A program made the translations under genes and the position numbers. From assembly GCA_963845185.1 (NCBI GenBank), contig CAWJRG010000011.1:1-64000 (forward strand): DNA of 64,000 nt, given 5' to 3'. This DNA is from an uncultured bacterium (GTDB lineage Bacteria; Oederibacteriota; PGYV01; CAWJRG01). Of this stretch, positions 26,543-38,000 are shown piece after piece (position 1 is the first letter of the stretch; each line of letters opens with the position of its first letter). A model generated the notes under the pieces. That model saw only the letters and a list, made by a program, of their open reading frames with translations, had not been told where the DNA came from and did not search any database.

Positions 26543-26693
26543 TAACAAAGGTTATTTTCATGTGCTACTTTTTGATACACCTTAGCCGATTTTTTGTTCA
26601 ACTTTTAAAAAAAACATTGACCTGTATAATTTCCGCGCTATAATATCACCGTTAAACATATAAGGGACAAAAATATCATTGAGGTGTGATTTC

Positions 26694-28238
26694 ATGTTAA
26701 GCAAAATCAAATCTGCCGCTATACTCGGCATTGAGGCGTATGAAGTCGACGTTGAGGTTGATATAACATTCGGCATCCCGATGTTTTCTATAGTCGGCTT
26801 GCCTGATGCTTCAGTCAAGGAAAGCAAGGACCGCGTCAAGGCCGCTGTAAAAAATTCCGAATATGAATTCCCGCCAAACAAAAAAATTACCATAAATCTG
26901 TCCCCTGCCGACAGAAAAAAAGAAGGGCCTTCGTTTGATTTACCAATAGCCGTAGGCATAATGGCCGCTGAAAACTCAATAAACAAAGATAAACTGACAA
27001 ATTATATAATAGCCGGCGAGCTTTCGCTTGACGGCACTATAAATACAATCAAAGGCTGCCTGTCAATTGCTCTTATGGCAGTCAAGCAAAAATACAAGGG
27101 CGTAATATTGCCTGTTTCGAATGCTGACGAAGCTGCAGTCGTTGAAAACATAGATATAATACCAGTTAAAAACCTGAGAGAGGTCATTGATTTTTTGAAC
27201 GGAAAACTTGATATTATTTCTCATAAAATTGATTTGCTTGAAATATTCGCAAAATCGGCCCAGTACCACCTGGATTTTTCAGAGGTAAAAGGCCAACAAT
27301 ACGTAAAAAGAGCTTTGGAAACAGCGGCCGCGGGCGGACACAATTTGCTCATGATTGGCCCTCCCGGCTCGGGCAAAACCATGCTCGCGCGCCGCTTTCC
27401 TACAATACTACCCGACATGACGCTTGAAGAATCCATTGAAACTACCAAAATACACAGCGTTTCGGGTTATTTAAAACAGAAAACTTCATTAATAGCCACA
27501 AGGCCAGTGCGCTCTCCACATCACACCATATCCGATGTTGCCTTAATAGGTGGCGGGCAGATTCCCAGGCCCGGTGAGGTCTCAATGGCGCATAACGGGG
27601 TTTTATTCCTTGACGAACTGCCTGAATTCAACAGGAACGTGCTTGAAGTTTTACGCCAGCCTTTGGAGGATGGAGTCGTTTCCATAGCACGTGCCACAGC
27701 CTCCATCACCTACCCCGCCCGCTTCATGTTACTCGCGGCAATGAACCCCTGCCCCTGCGGTTATTACACGCACCCGACAAAATCCTGCTCATGCTCCAGC
27801 CAGCAAAGGGAAAGATATATAAATAAAATATCAGGCCCGCTTCTTGACAGGATTGACATACACGTGGATGCCCCAGTCGTGCAATACAATGACCTCGCAT
27901 CCAAGACAGAAGCCGAGCCGTCTTCCGAAATAAAAAACCGTGTCAACAGGGCGCGTAAAATACAGGAAATGCGTTTTAAAGGAACAAAAATCTACTTTAA
28001 CGCGCACATGGGCCCGAAGCAGATAAAAAAATATTGCCAGCTCGACAACGAATCACAGGAGCTATTAAAAAAAGCTATCGAGAACCTTGGGCTCTCCGCC
28101 CGCGCTTACGACAGGATTCTTAAGGTCTCCCGTACCATAGCCGACTTAGAAGCCAAGGAAAATATTGAACCGGCGCATATAGCAGAGGCAATACAGTATA
28201 GGTCGCTGGATAGAGATTATTGGAAGGTTGGGATATGA
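26694..28238 (+). CDS. comM: YifB/ComM Mg-chelatase-like AAA+ ATPase
   Basis: VGLPD, INLSPAD, GPPGSGKT, RSPHH, LFLDELPEF, NPCPCG, SGPLLDRID. Confidence 0.95.
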   Translation: MLSKIKSAAILGIEAYEVDVEVDITFGIPMFSIVGLPDASVKESKDRVKAAVKNSEYEFPPNKKITINLSPADRKKEGPSFDLPIAVGIMAAENSINKDKLTNYIIAGELSLDGTINTIKGCLSIALMAVKQKYKGVILPVSNADEAAVVENIDIIPVKNLREVIDFLNGKLDIISHKIDLLEIFAKSAQYHLDFSEVKGQQYVKRALETAAAGGHNLLMIGPPGSGKTMLARRFPTILPDMTLEESIETTKIHSVSGYLKQKTSLIATRPVRSPHHTISDVALIGGGQIPRPGEVSMAHNGVLFLDELPEFNRNVLEVLRQPLEDGVVSIARATASITYPARFMLLAAMNPCPCGYYTHPTKSCSCSSQQRERYINKISGPLLDRIDIHVDAPVVQYNDLASKTEAEPSSEIKNRVNRARKIQEMRFKGTKIYFNAHMGPKQIKKYCQLDNESQELLKKAIENLGLSARAYDRILKVSRTIADLEAKENIEPAHIAEAIQYRSLDRDYWKVGI

Positions 28239-28282
28239 CCGGATTTGATTAAACCTTAAGTCCATTAAAGCCGATTTTACGT

Positions 28283-29803
28283 TTATTTGTATTCAAAATA
28301 AGTCAGTTCGGGGCGATTACTTTGTTTCATGCTGTATTTTACCTTAAAATTAATTTCAAATTCTTTTAATACCTGCGCGTTAATCTCAGGGGCGTTCCCC
28401 CAATACACAATTATTTTGTTTTGCCTTGTTTTTAAAAGCTTTTTTAACTCAGCGCATTTAACTTTCAGTTCCATTAACTCATTGCTGCTTAATTTGACAT
28501 CATTTGACCAGCATGGATGATTTATATAATTTTCACTTGGAAATCCTGTTTTAACAATATTTTTTGTATTTTTTAGCCTCATGAAATAATAATCTGCAGT
28601 AACCCAGTTAAGCGGCAGATAAAATACCACATCGCCGTCGTTTATATCTTGAAGCACGCGTTTTGTTTTAATCCGTTCCGAGTAAGGGCTTACCTGCGTG
28701 TCAAACAAAAATACCGGTGCTGTAAAAACAATAAAATAAGCAAACAATGACAGCCATATAAGTTTTTTCTCTGAAAATTTGTGGAAAAATCCTCCAAAAA
28801 TGATTATAAAAGGTATAAAAGTAGTAATAGTATACCTTCCCGGAAGATATACAGGGACAAATAAAATCGAAAATATAAATGGGGCTAATAGCATGACAAC
28901 AGACGAAGTAAAAAGAAACAAATTTATTTTGTTATTAAAGAACGAAGCCATCCCGGAAAGATATTCATTTTTCACAATCATTATTGATTTTGATTCAATT
29001 AATCTTTTAAGCAAACCGGCTATCAGGGAAATTATTAAAAGCTGCATAAATATATTGGCGTTAGGAGCGAAAAAATCAAACAGCGTCCTTTGAATTTCAT
29101 CGCCTTTCATCCTGATGAAATTCATGGAGCCATTTGTCGCCTGAACCGCAAATACATGCCCCCAGGTAAGAAAAAGAGGAAGCAGCGATAAAAAAAGTAC
29201 AGCGATAATTTCCTTTATCCTTTTGCTGCAAAAAATCATTGCAAATACAATTTGGCCAAGTATCACAAACAGATACCAATAATGGATGAAAGAACCTGCT
29301 ATATTTATTGCTATAATTGCCGATATGTTTTTTAACGTGTTTTCCGAGTTTATGAATATTTTAATAAATAAAAAATATGATAAGGCAATAACCGCAGGAA
29401 GCAAAGAATACATTCTCACACTTATCGAATGCCTTAATGCGATGGATGAAAGAGCAAATAAAGCAGCCACAAAAAGTCCGGTAATTTTGTTTTTGTATAT
29501 GTAATTCGATAAGTAATAGATGCTGAATACGCCAGCAATATAGAACAGGACCGAGAGCGCCCTTAAAACCGATTCGCTGTTGCCAAACATTTTCATCCAT
29601 AACGCAAGAAGCAGATAATAAAGCGGGGGGTGGTTGTCCTTTGCTACTTCATTGATAATACCGGTAAGATTCATTGCGGCTATGTCGGCGCTTCTCGCTT
29701 CATCAATGCTCATGCAAGCATTCATGCCGGGAAAAACCGAATAAATACCGGCCGAAATAACCGCCACGAGCCCTATTATGTGTAGTTTATCTGTTATTTT
29801 CAA
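28283..29803 (-). CDS. GT-C fold glycosyltransferase (GT39/PMT-like)
   Basis: SIDEA, DNHPPLYYLLL, RALSV, VRMYS; multiple TM helices. Confidence 0.8.
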   Translation of the reverse strand: MKITDKLHIIGLVAVISAGIYSVFPGMNACMSIDEARSADIAAMNLTGIINEVAKDNHPPLYYLLLALWMKMFGNSESVLRALSVLFYIAGVFSIYYLSNYIYKNKITGLFVAALFALSSIALRHSISVRMYSLLPAVIALSYFLFIKIFINSENTLKNISAIIAINIAGSFIHYWYLFVILGQIVFAMIFCSKRIKEIIAVLFLSLLPLFLTWGHVFAVQATNGSMNFIRMKGDEIQRTLFDFFAPNANIFMQLLIISLIAGLLKRLIESKSIMIVKNEYLSGMASFFNNKINLFLFTSSVVMLLAPFIFSILFVPVYLPGRYTITTFIPFIIIFGGFFHKFSEKKLIWLSLFAYFIVFTAPVFLFDTQVSPYSERIKTKRVLQDINDGDVVFYLPLNWVTADYYFMRLKNTKNIVKTGFPSENYINHPCWSNDVKLSSNELMELKVKCAELKKLLKTRQNKIIVYWGNAPEINAQVLKEFEINFKVKYSMKQSNRPELTYFEYK

Positions 29804-29995
29804 TTTTTTTCATGTTCCTGTTTTTTTGGATATGTTAACATTTTCATCTAAGGCATTTTACTCAATTTTTTAGCCGGTGTCAATCCGCTAAGCGGCACGG
29901 ATATCCTGCTGAAATTATTTTTAAAAATCTGCTTTTTATTTAAGGATTGCGTTTGGAAGAAAATAGAATTATAATTCAACGTGAAGGAGTAAATT

Positions 29996-31609
29996 ATGGC
30001 AAATCCAGTATCCGGGAAAGGAACGAAAATAAAGGCGCCCTTAGGCAGCGAAGACAGTTTTATTGTCCGGCAAAAATTAACCGCTAAATTGAATATAACT
30101 CCTTCTAATCTAAAAAAAGTCTTGCTCGTCCTTATTTATAGCATTACTCTGGCAATTTCCGTATTTTTACTTTTCGGCAACCTTGGAAATGAATATCTAT
30201 GGCAGGATGAGGCTTTAACCGCTTTTATCGGAAAAACTGTGATTCAGAGGGGTTTACCATACGGAGATGACGGCCTAAATTTCGTAACCCAGAATAACAA
30301 ACTCGAATGGGGCCAAAACGGTCTCTGGAAATGGCACCCATGGCTTCAGTATTACATAGCAGCGGCTTCAATGAAACTTTTCGGATTTGATTCCTTCGGG
30401 GCAAGGTTCCTGTTTTCCCTTTTCGGATTATTTACTATAATAATCTTATATTTCCTTGTTATGGAACTTTTTTCAGATAAAAAAATTGCTTTTACTTCTG
30501 TGCTGGTGCTCATTTTCATGGTTCCTTTCCTTTTGCTTTCCAGGCAATGCAGGTATTACAGTCCGCTGGGCTTCTTTTTTTTATTGTCCATCCTTGGTTA
30601 TTTAAGAGCGGCAAAAGGCAAAAAATACGGATACACACTATTTACAGTCGCCATGTTTTTCCTTTTTCATACGCAGTATGTGTATTGCGCGCCTGCGGCA
30701 GCAGCCGTACTGCTGCACGCGTTTTTATATCACAAGAAACAGCTAAAGCCGCTGGCATTGCTGGCAATCCTGGTTTTCGCGGTAAATTTTCCCATATACC
30801 TGCTTTTTTATAATTCAAATTATATTGGCAAACATTTTTTTGAGGCAGTTTTTGCAAGGTTATTTTCCAACCCTTCTTATTATATCTCTTGTATTCTTAA
30901 ATACATACTGCCCGATTACATTGTGACTGCCGGCGCAATACTGATTTTTATAAATATTAAAAATGATAAAAAATACCTTTTGTGGACAAACGGGCCTCAG
31001 GAAGCGTTGAACCTTGTTTTCTTTTTAACAGCCTTTACATTCATGCTTTTTATCGCGTCAAGCAGCCATTTTTTCAGGTATCTCGGCCCGCTATTGCCTT
31101 TTTTCGCTTTGGTAACCGCCATAATTTTAATTAAATCATGGCAGATTAATCCTGCCATTCCTGTGATAATTATTATTTTATTGCTGAACACGTATAATAT
31201 AAAAGATTATTTGTACGAAATTACGCATAATTACGACGGCCCAATAAAAGGCATATCAAAATACCTGAATGAATACGCAAAAAAGGGTGATGTAGTTGCA
31301 ATGGGCGGGTACGACGATATTGGGCTTAAGTTCCACACGGGATTAAAAGTAGTTGGCGGTGAATCAATGGATTTGAATAAACATGATATACTGAATGCAA
31401 AATGGGTTATAATAAGAAAATATTTTGTTTGTTCCTCGGATGAAATCTCGCTTATTGAAATTTCGAAGCTGGTCGACTTGAAAAAATATAAAAAAATAGT
31501 AATAAATTACCCTGATACAAAATTCGAAAACAGGGAAACTCCCGAAGAGCATATGTTCAGGACTGCTATAAACGAAACAAGGGTCGTAATTTACAAAAAA
31601 ATATATTAG
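29996..31609 (+). CDS. GT-C fold glycosyltransferase (ArnT/GT39-like)
   Basis: LWQDEA, HPWLQYY, ARFLF, RQCRYY; multiple TM helices. Confidence 0.8.
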   Translation: MANPVSGKGTKIKAPLGSEDSFIVRQKLTAKLNITPSNLKKVLLVLIYSITLAISVFLLFGNLGNEYLWQDEALTAFIGKTVIQRGLPYGDDGLNFVTQNNKLEWGQNGLWKWHPWLQYYIAAASMKLFGFDSFGARFLFSLFGLFTIIILYFLVMELFSDKKIAFTSVLVLIFMVPFLLLSRQCRYYSPLGFFFLLSILGYLRAAKGKKYGYTLFTVAMFFLFHTQYVYCAPAAAAVLLHAFLYHKKQLKPLALLAILVFAVNFPIYLLFYNSNYIGKHFFEAVFARLFSNPSYYISCILKYILPDYIVTAGAILIFINIKNDKKYLLWTNGPQEALNLVFFLTAFTFMLFIASSSHFFRYLGPLLPFFALVTAIILIKSWQINPAIPVIIIILLLNTYNIKDYLYEITHNYDGPIKGISKYLNEYAKKGDVVAMGGYDDIGLKFHTGLKVVGGESMDLNKHDILNAKWVIIRKYFVCSSDEISLIEISKLVDLKKYKKIVINYPDTKFENRETPEEHMFRTAINETRVVIYKKIY

Positions 31610-31690
31610 GTCTTTGGCAGGTTATAACCGCAAGGCACCTTCCTTGTTTTTTATATATTAAGTTCCGCTCGCAATAAAGCCGTCAAATAT

Positions 31691-33247
31691 TTATTTTATT
31701 TTGACAGGCTCATATATTTTAATCGCGTCCTTTTTGCCTTTTACCTTTATCGGTTCCAGTTCCCTGTATTCGATCCTGTCCTTCGTTTCATCATAAGTGC
31801 TCTCGCTCACATATATGGACCCGCCCGGCGCGTTTGCTTCCAGCCTCGAGGCCAGGTTCACATTGTCGCCTATAACCGTGTAATCCATTTTCTGGGCCGA
31901 ACCCATATTACCGGCAACTACATCGCCTGTGTTTATGCCCATGCCGATCTCGACGACTATCTGTTTTTTCTTTTTTCTCGAGGTATTTAGTTCTTTAATG
32001 CTTTCCCTTATGTCCATGGCAGTCATCACCGCCCTGAAAGAATCGTCGTCCTTGGGCGCAGGCACACCGTACACAGCCATAACGCAGTCGCCGACAAATT
32101 TATCAAGCACGCCTTTCCATTTAAAAACTCTGTCGGTCTGCAGAGTCAGGTATTCATTGATTACGGACACTACCCATTCAGGCTCCAGGCTCTCAGACAT
32201 TGCGGTAAATCCCCTGATGTCTGTGAACAGCATGGTTGCTTTTATCCTTTTTCCGTGCACGGACAATTTACTGGGGTCTTTCAGCAACTCGTTCATGACG
32301 TCGCTGGAAACATATGTTGAAAAAGCCCCCTTTAAAAACTCTTTTTCTTTGAGGCTTTTTGCAGTTTCGTTGAAAACATTCGTGAGCAGTCCCAGCTCGT
32401 CGCTGGTCTTTAATTTGATCGCTACGTCATAATTCCCGGCGCCTATGGCGCGCACGCCTTCCACGAGGTATTTTACCGGCCGTACGATTACATTGACAAG
32501 GAATACGCATGCGGCTATCCCGAGCAGCAGCGCGATTATTGTTATAAGACCTATCTGGACCGCGGCAAGCGTCACTACTTTTGAAATTATGCTTCTGGAA
32601 ATCGTGAGGTGGACCGCGCCTATCAAATAACGTTCCCCGTTTATCACTGTCGCTACAGGAACCGCGATATCAAAAAACTTCCTGCCGTCTTTTTCATAAT
32701 CCTGTACCAGGACATCCTCTTCGTCTTTTAAGGCCCTGATGCCTCCCGGCAGCGCAAAAACTGAATTTGCCCTTCTCACGTCGTTTGCGGAAGCTATAGT
32801 GCCGTTTTTCCTGACTATCACGGCTTCCAGTACGCCTTCATTTTTTATGGTTCCGGCCGCAGGTACGCCCGAAAAATTATTTTTTATGGTTAAGAGCAGG
32901 TTGTGCGCGTTATTATCTTCCGCCTGGCTGCCGTTGCCGGCGGATTGCACTGCCTCTTTGGTAAGAATTGCAAGCGGCAGGTCGTCATTTTTTACAAGAG
33001 GGTCAGCTGCGTTGTTTGCTATGTTTTTTGCTATCGCTATGCCTCTTTCCTTAACTTCCTTTTCCAGGGCTCCACCTGCCCAGTTATAAATAAATACCGT
33101 CACTATTGCCATGATGGCGACAAGAAGCAGGCCTACAAAAAAGCTGAATTTCGCGCCCAGCGGGAAAATAACTTTTTGCCCGGAAACCGTGCTTTTTATT
33201 TCACCGGCGTCAGCGGTTGTTTTTGCAGTATTTTTCCTTACGGTCAT
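31691..33247 (-). CDS. Membrane class III adenylate cyclase (2 TM + HAMP)
   Basis: FTDIRGFT, DKFVGD, GINTG, DYTVIGDNVNLASRLE; K/D pair suggests ATP specificity. Confidence 0.92.
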   Translation of the reverse strand: MTVRKNTAKTTADAGEIKSTVSGQKVIFPLGAKFSFFVGLLLVAIMAIVTVFIYNWAGGALEKEVKERGIAIAKNIANNAADPLVKNDDLPLAILTKEAVQSAGNGSQAEDNNAHNLLLTIKNNFSGVPAAGTIKNEGVLEAVIVRKNGTIASANDVRRANSVFALPGGIRALKDEEDVLVQDYEKDGRKFFDIAVPVATVINGERYLIGAVHLTISRSIISKVVTLAAVQIGLITIIALLLGIAACVFLVNVIVRPVKYLVEGVRAIGAGNYDVAIKLKTSDELGLLTNVFNETAKSLKEKEFLKGAFSTYVSSDVMNELLKDPSKLSVHGKRIKATMLFTDIRGFTAMSESLEPEWVVSVINEYLTLQTDRVFKWKGVLDKFVGDCVMAVYGVPAPKDDDSFRAVMTAMDIRESIKELNTSRKKKKQIVVEIGMGINTGDVVAGNMGSAQKMDYTVIGDNVNLASRLEANAPGGSIYVSESTYDETKDRIEYRELEPIKVKGKKDAIKIYEPVKIK

Positions 33248-33268
33248 TTGTTTTTATCCTTCATTTCT

Positions 33269-35059
33269 TCATTTGTTCCCCGGATTTTTCTTTTCAAAAC
33301 CCTGTATGGCTTTCTGCTTGCTGCGCGCGTCTTCGATGTAGCGTTTTACTTTCAGCATATAATCGCTCTTCGGGTCCAGTTCCTCGATATTCTTCCAGTA
33401 TACAATCGCCGCGTCGAGGTTCCCGTCGGTGTATTTTTCAATGCCCTTGTAGTAATAATCCTTTATTTTCAGGGAAATAAGGTCTTTTAATGTGGCCAAC
33501 ACGTCGGTTGCGTCCTTGTATGCCGGGCACGTAAGGGAAATATTCCTTAATTTTTTTATGCCTTCGACCATTGAAGTGTCTTTTGCAACATCGGCTCTTG
33601 CCTTTATAAGCCCTTCCTGAATTTCCTGTTGTTTTATCCTTGTCCTGTCTATGTACTGTTTCATCTTCCGGTTATCGGGGTCCTTTTCCAGGCCCGCCTG
33701 CCACGATTTTATCGCGCTTGTATATTCGCAGTTGTTATAATATTTCAGCCCTTCCTTAAAATATTTTTCAGCCGGTTTCGACATGCCTTTGCTTACCTTG
33801 AGTTCCAGCGCGTCGTCCAGCCATATGTCTATATCCTTGAACCCCGGGTTGAGCTTCTTTACCTGTTCCCATTTTGTTACTGCCTTATCGTACTGGAAAT
33901 TTGAGTAAAATCCCATGCCCTCGTCGAATATTTTCTGCGCCTTTCGAAAGCCGCCCATGCCCTGTTTCATCCTGTCTGCTTTCGCTATTGCCTCGTCAAT
34001 GCCCGCGTAATCAGGCGACATTTCCTTTGCCTGTTTCCATTTGTCCAGCGCACCGGCATAATCGCCCGCGTCAAAAAGCTCCTGTCCGTCCCTGTAATAC
34101 TGGTAAGCCAGGAATTCCGAAAGTTTCCGGTAATTATCCTTTTCCTTCTGTTCCGGGCTCTCGGTCATGAATTTCACGCTTACAAGGTGCGTCATGCCGA
34201 GCTCGCCGATCGACGTGAAGGCGTAATCGAAATTAATCTTGTCAATGACTATCCCTACCCCCGCGTTTATCCCGGATAGCCCTCCTGTCACGCTGTTTTC
34301 GCTTTTCAGCTTGTAACCGAGCCTTAATGTGAACATCCTGTATATTGTGTACTCTGCGCCCAGGGAAAAAGACGCACCAAAAGCTCCGGAATAATCTGCA
34401 TCCGCGTCCGCCAGCACGTCGTGCGTGTCTGTATTCAAAATATGCGCCCCTGCGCCGATCCTGATATTTCCCGGCGCCATTGAGCCTGACCCGAAATCAA
34501 TGTTCTGTAAGTCCAGGCCGAAAGTAAATATGTCCCCAGTCCTGGCGAGCAGGCCGATGTCGAGCAAAATGCCGGATATGTTCTCCGTGTCTATTGCGAG
34601 GTTTACGAATTTTGCCGCTATGCCGGCCGACATAAAATCAGCGACATGGCAGCCGTAACCTATTCCGCCTATTATATTTGAAGAGCTCAGTGACTTGTTC
34701 AGGTCAACCCCGTAATTGTCCCTTTGTTCAAAGGACCCGAAATCCATGTACATAAATTCCGCGGCAATGGTGCCGTAGCCGACAGGCAGCGCCGCATTCG
34801 CGTACTGGAAGGAAGAGTCAAGTATCCACTTGTCGTATGCAAGGTCAGCCTCAATCATGTTCACATTTGCCAGGCCTGCCGGGTTCCAGTACATTGCCGA
34901 TGCGTCCTGCGCTATGCCTGTAAAAGCGCCTCCCATGCCGACCGCGCGGGTGCCGATGTCGACATCAAGCGCGGGAAACCTCTGCGAATCCGCTGCTGTG
35001 ATTTGCAAAGGGATTATTAAAAAAGCCGCTATTATAACTGTGATTGCCGGTTTTTTCAT
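33269..35059 (-). CDS. PorV/UPF0164-family outer-membrane barrel fused to TPR repeats
   Basis: GTRAVGMGGAF, AMYWNPAGLA, GAEY..LRLGY, FDYAF, LGMTH; helical TPR C-terminal half. Confidence 0.85.
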   Translation of the reverse strand: MKKPAITVIIAAFLIIPLQITAADSQRFPALDVDIGTRAVGMGGAFTGIAQDASAMYWNPAGLANVNMIEADLAYDKWILDSSFQYANAALPVGYGTIAAEFMYMDFGSFEQRDNYGVDLNKSLSSSNIIGGIGYGCHVADFMSAGIAAKFVNLAIDTENISGILLDIGLLARTGDIFTFGLDLQNIDFGSGSMAPGNIRIGAGAHILNTDTHDVLADADADYSGAFGASFSLGAEYTIYRMFTLRLGYKLKSENSVTGGLSGINAGVGIVIDKINFDYAFTSIGELGMTHLVSVKFMTESPEQKEKDNYRKLSEFLAYQYYRDGQELFDAGDYAGALDKWKQAKEMSPDYAGIDEAIAKADRMKQGMGGFRKAQKIFDEGMGFYSNFQYDKAVTKWEQVKKLNPGFKDIDIWLDDALELKVSKGMSKPAEKYFKEGLKYYNNCEYTSAIKSWQAGLEKDPDNRKMKQYIDRTRIKQQEIQEGLIKARADVAKDTSMVEGIKKLRNISLTCPAYKDATDVLATLKDLISLKIKDYYYKGIEKYTDGNLDAAIVYWKNIEELDPKSDYMLKVKRYIEDARSKQKAIQGFEKKNPGNK

Positions 35060-35072
35060 TTGCTTCCTGCCG

Positions 35073-38000
35073 TTATTTTTTAATTATAAATTTGTTAAGC
35101 TTGTACTTTGTCACAGCGCCTGAATCTGCTTTTGCGCTGATAAAATAATAATACGGCCCTGCTTTTAACTTTGTGACATTGACAGTCATTTTTGCAGTGT
35201 CGGACGCCGGGACCCTGCCGGATTCCCTGTCAGCGAGGTTTCCGGCGATGTCAAAAATGCTTATTGTTACGTCTGAGTCTTCATTCAGCGTAAACATGAA
35301 AGTCGCGGTATTCTGCGCCGGTATCGGGTAAACAATGGAGTCGTTGCTTCCCGGAGCGCTTGCGCCCGGTGTAACTGTCGGAGACACGACCAGGGTTGTC
35401 ACCTTCATCGCTGTTATATCAAATGTCCCGCCTTGCGGGCAATTAACAGTGGCGTTCGGCGAACCCGGCGGGCTCAGGTAAGTGCTCCCATACACACCGG
35501 CATAGTCATTGATTTGCCAGCTTGTAAGGATCCCGGTGTTACTTTCGTCTACAATAACATAAATATAATATTTACCTGGAAGTACGGATACATTATAGGA
35601 TATCTGGTTCCCGTTTGTTGTGCCTCCTGTTGACCCTGCCGTGCCGTTTCCCACGTTAAAATCAGTGTCAACATAAAGCACCCACGCCGTGCCTGTCGAT
35701 GCAGCAGGCAGTGTGATAGTGCCGCTTATTCCGCACGGGGGCGTAGTGGGCGTGACTGTCACCGTCATAGTGTAAGTTGGTGTCGAAGAAACTGTGTATG
35801 TCTGGGTTATTGTAGGTGATTTTGTTGAAGTCGGAGTGTATGTTTCCGTGATTGTGACGGTAGAGGAAAATGTCGGCGTCTTTGTGTATGTGGGCGTGGC
35901 CGAGACTACAGGAGATAATGTGGACGTGGGGGTTATCGTACCTGTTGCGAGGTTCACCTGCCATGTGCTGCCTGTGTCGTAAACATTGCCTGCAGAATCG
36001 GTTAAAATCACGTCTATAAAATGCGCTGACCCGGCGCTTTGCTGGCTCGCGGGAAGCTGGAACTGGTATTTCCTCGTGTTGTTTCCAAGGTCCACGTATG
36101 ACATGCCTGTAACTGCGGTGCTGTCGGAATCTATTGTGACTGTCCCAAGCCCTGAGCCCAGCGCATAGTCGCCGGCAGTCACATATAAGTAGTCAGTGCC
36201 GTTTACAAGCAGCCCCTGCTGGCATGGTATCATGTAACCATCGTAGGGCCTGAACTTGTCTTTTGACGGGTCAATTGTCATGTTAAAATTCTGGTTTACC
36301 AGCGGAGAAGTGCTTAGCTGTGTGTCTATATCCGAAGTTAAAAAATATTGCCCCGACGCCCTGATTTTAATGTTGTAAGCCGTACCACTTATCAAATATG
36401 CCGAGCTTGAGTACTGGTCATTGCCGTGGCACATGTCGTAAAATTTGTAATTCCCGCCGCCTGTATCGTACATCAGCTCCACTTGTGCGTTGCTGTCATA
36501 AGGCGACACAGGTCCGCCGTTAAAAAGCATTGAGCCTGATACTGAAATGCCGGCGGTTATTGTAAGCGCGTTTCCTGCTGTCCCTGACATCACATTGTAA
36601 TCCCACGCCATGAATACCGGATTGCCGTTGTTGTTAATGCCCTGCAGGGCTGCGAGGTCGTAGTACTGAAAAACAGGCGGTACCGAAATGTTGAAATTTC
36701 CCGACGTGTCGCACATCGCGACATATGCAAGCACGTTACTGTTCATTATATCCGCCGTGCCTGTAACAATTGCCACAACCGCTGTCTCGGTCAGGATTAA
36801 TCCTGAACCTGTGTTGTCAATCACGGTCCCTGATATGAAAGTCACAGGGTTTGGCCCTGTCAAATTCAGGACTGTATTTCCGGATATTGTCTGGTTCAGT
36901 ACAGGCAGTATTATTGACGGCCCGTCGCCTGCATAAAAGTCATAATTTCCGGCAGGAAGGTTATTTATGGCATAGTTACCCCCGGTCGTCGTTACCGAGT
37001 AATAACTCCTGAAAGGGTCGTCCCCGTTCTTGTTATTTCCTGCAATCATAACGCTGACCCTGCTTCCGTTTGGCAGCGCCGGGCTGGTAGAGCCGTTCAC
37101 TGTGTACCCTGCTCCTATATTATAATTGACAGTTGTATTAAACCCGTCCCTCACGTTCACGTTCGCAGTGCAGCTTACAGCCAGGTTTGTTCCATAGCCG
37201 CTGTGGGGCTGCACCCATATCCAGTAATTGCCCGGCGCCAGGTTGTGAAAACCATACGCGGTGTTTGTGCTGCCTACGTAATAACCGTTGCTTCGGCTTG
37301 AGTAATTCGAATACATGGACATGTCCACGTTGTAAGCCGCGTTTATGGCGCCAATTACCACGCCTTCTTTATAAACATTAAAATTATAACCCGGCAGTGT
37401 TTGTCCCGCAGTTGTCAGGGTTATTGCAGGAGAAACCGTGTATGGGGTTATCCCGTATGCGTAATCAGCCGCGCAGCCGGGATACCATTGCCTGACCGCG
37501 TCCAGCTCACTTACTGCCAGTCCGACAGGCAATGTCAAAGTGTACGCTCCCGAAGCATTGCTGTTGCCATTTGAAATGTTTGTCCCGTTTGAGTCCCGTG
37601 CAGCCACCTGCACGTTTGACAACCCGCTTGCCCCTACCCCGACTAAATTAAGCGTGCCCGATATTGTTCCTGAACTCATTATGTCGGTATTTACCGTATA
37701 GGGCAAAGTCTGGGAATAACTATTGTTATTTGTGCTTCTTATTTGTATAAGAAAATTGTTACTCCCCGCTAGATTCCACTGTGTCATGTCGCAGTAAACC
37801 GTGGCTGTATTGCCGCTGTTTGCCCAGCTGTCGCTCGACCATTGCCAGTTGCTGCCATTGTTGAAATACAATGTTATTCCATAACTTAAGCTGTTGCTTG
37901 TGCCCGGCACATAAAGCCTTACCCTTAAAATGTCATTATTTAAGGCAGCCGGCGCGGTGAATGTATAGTTATCCAGGTCGTTTCCTGACGCAATGTATCC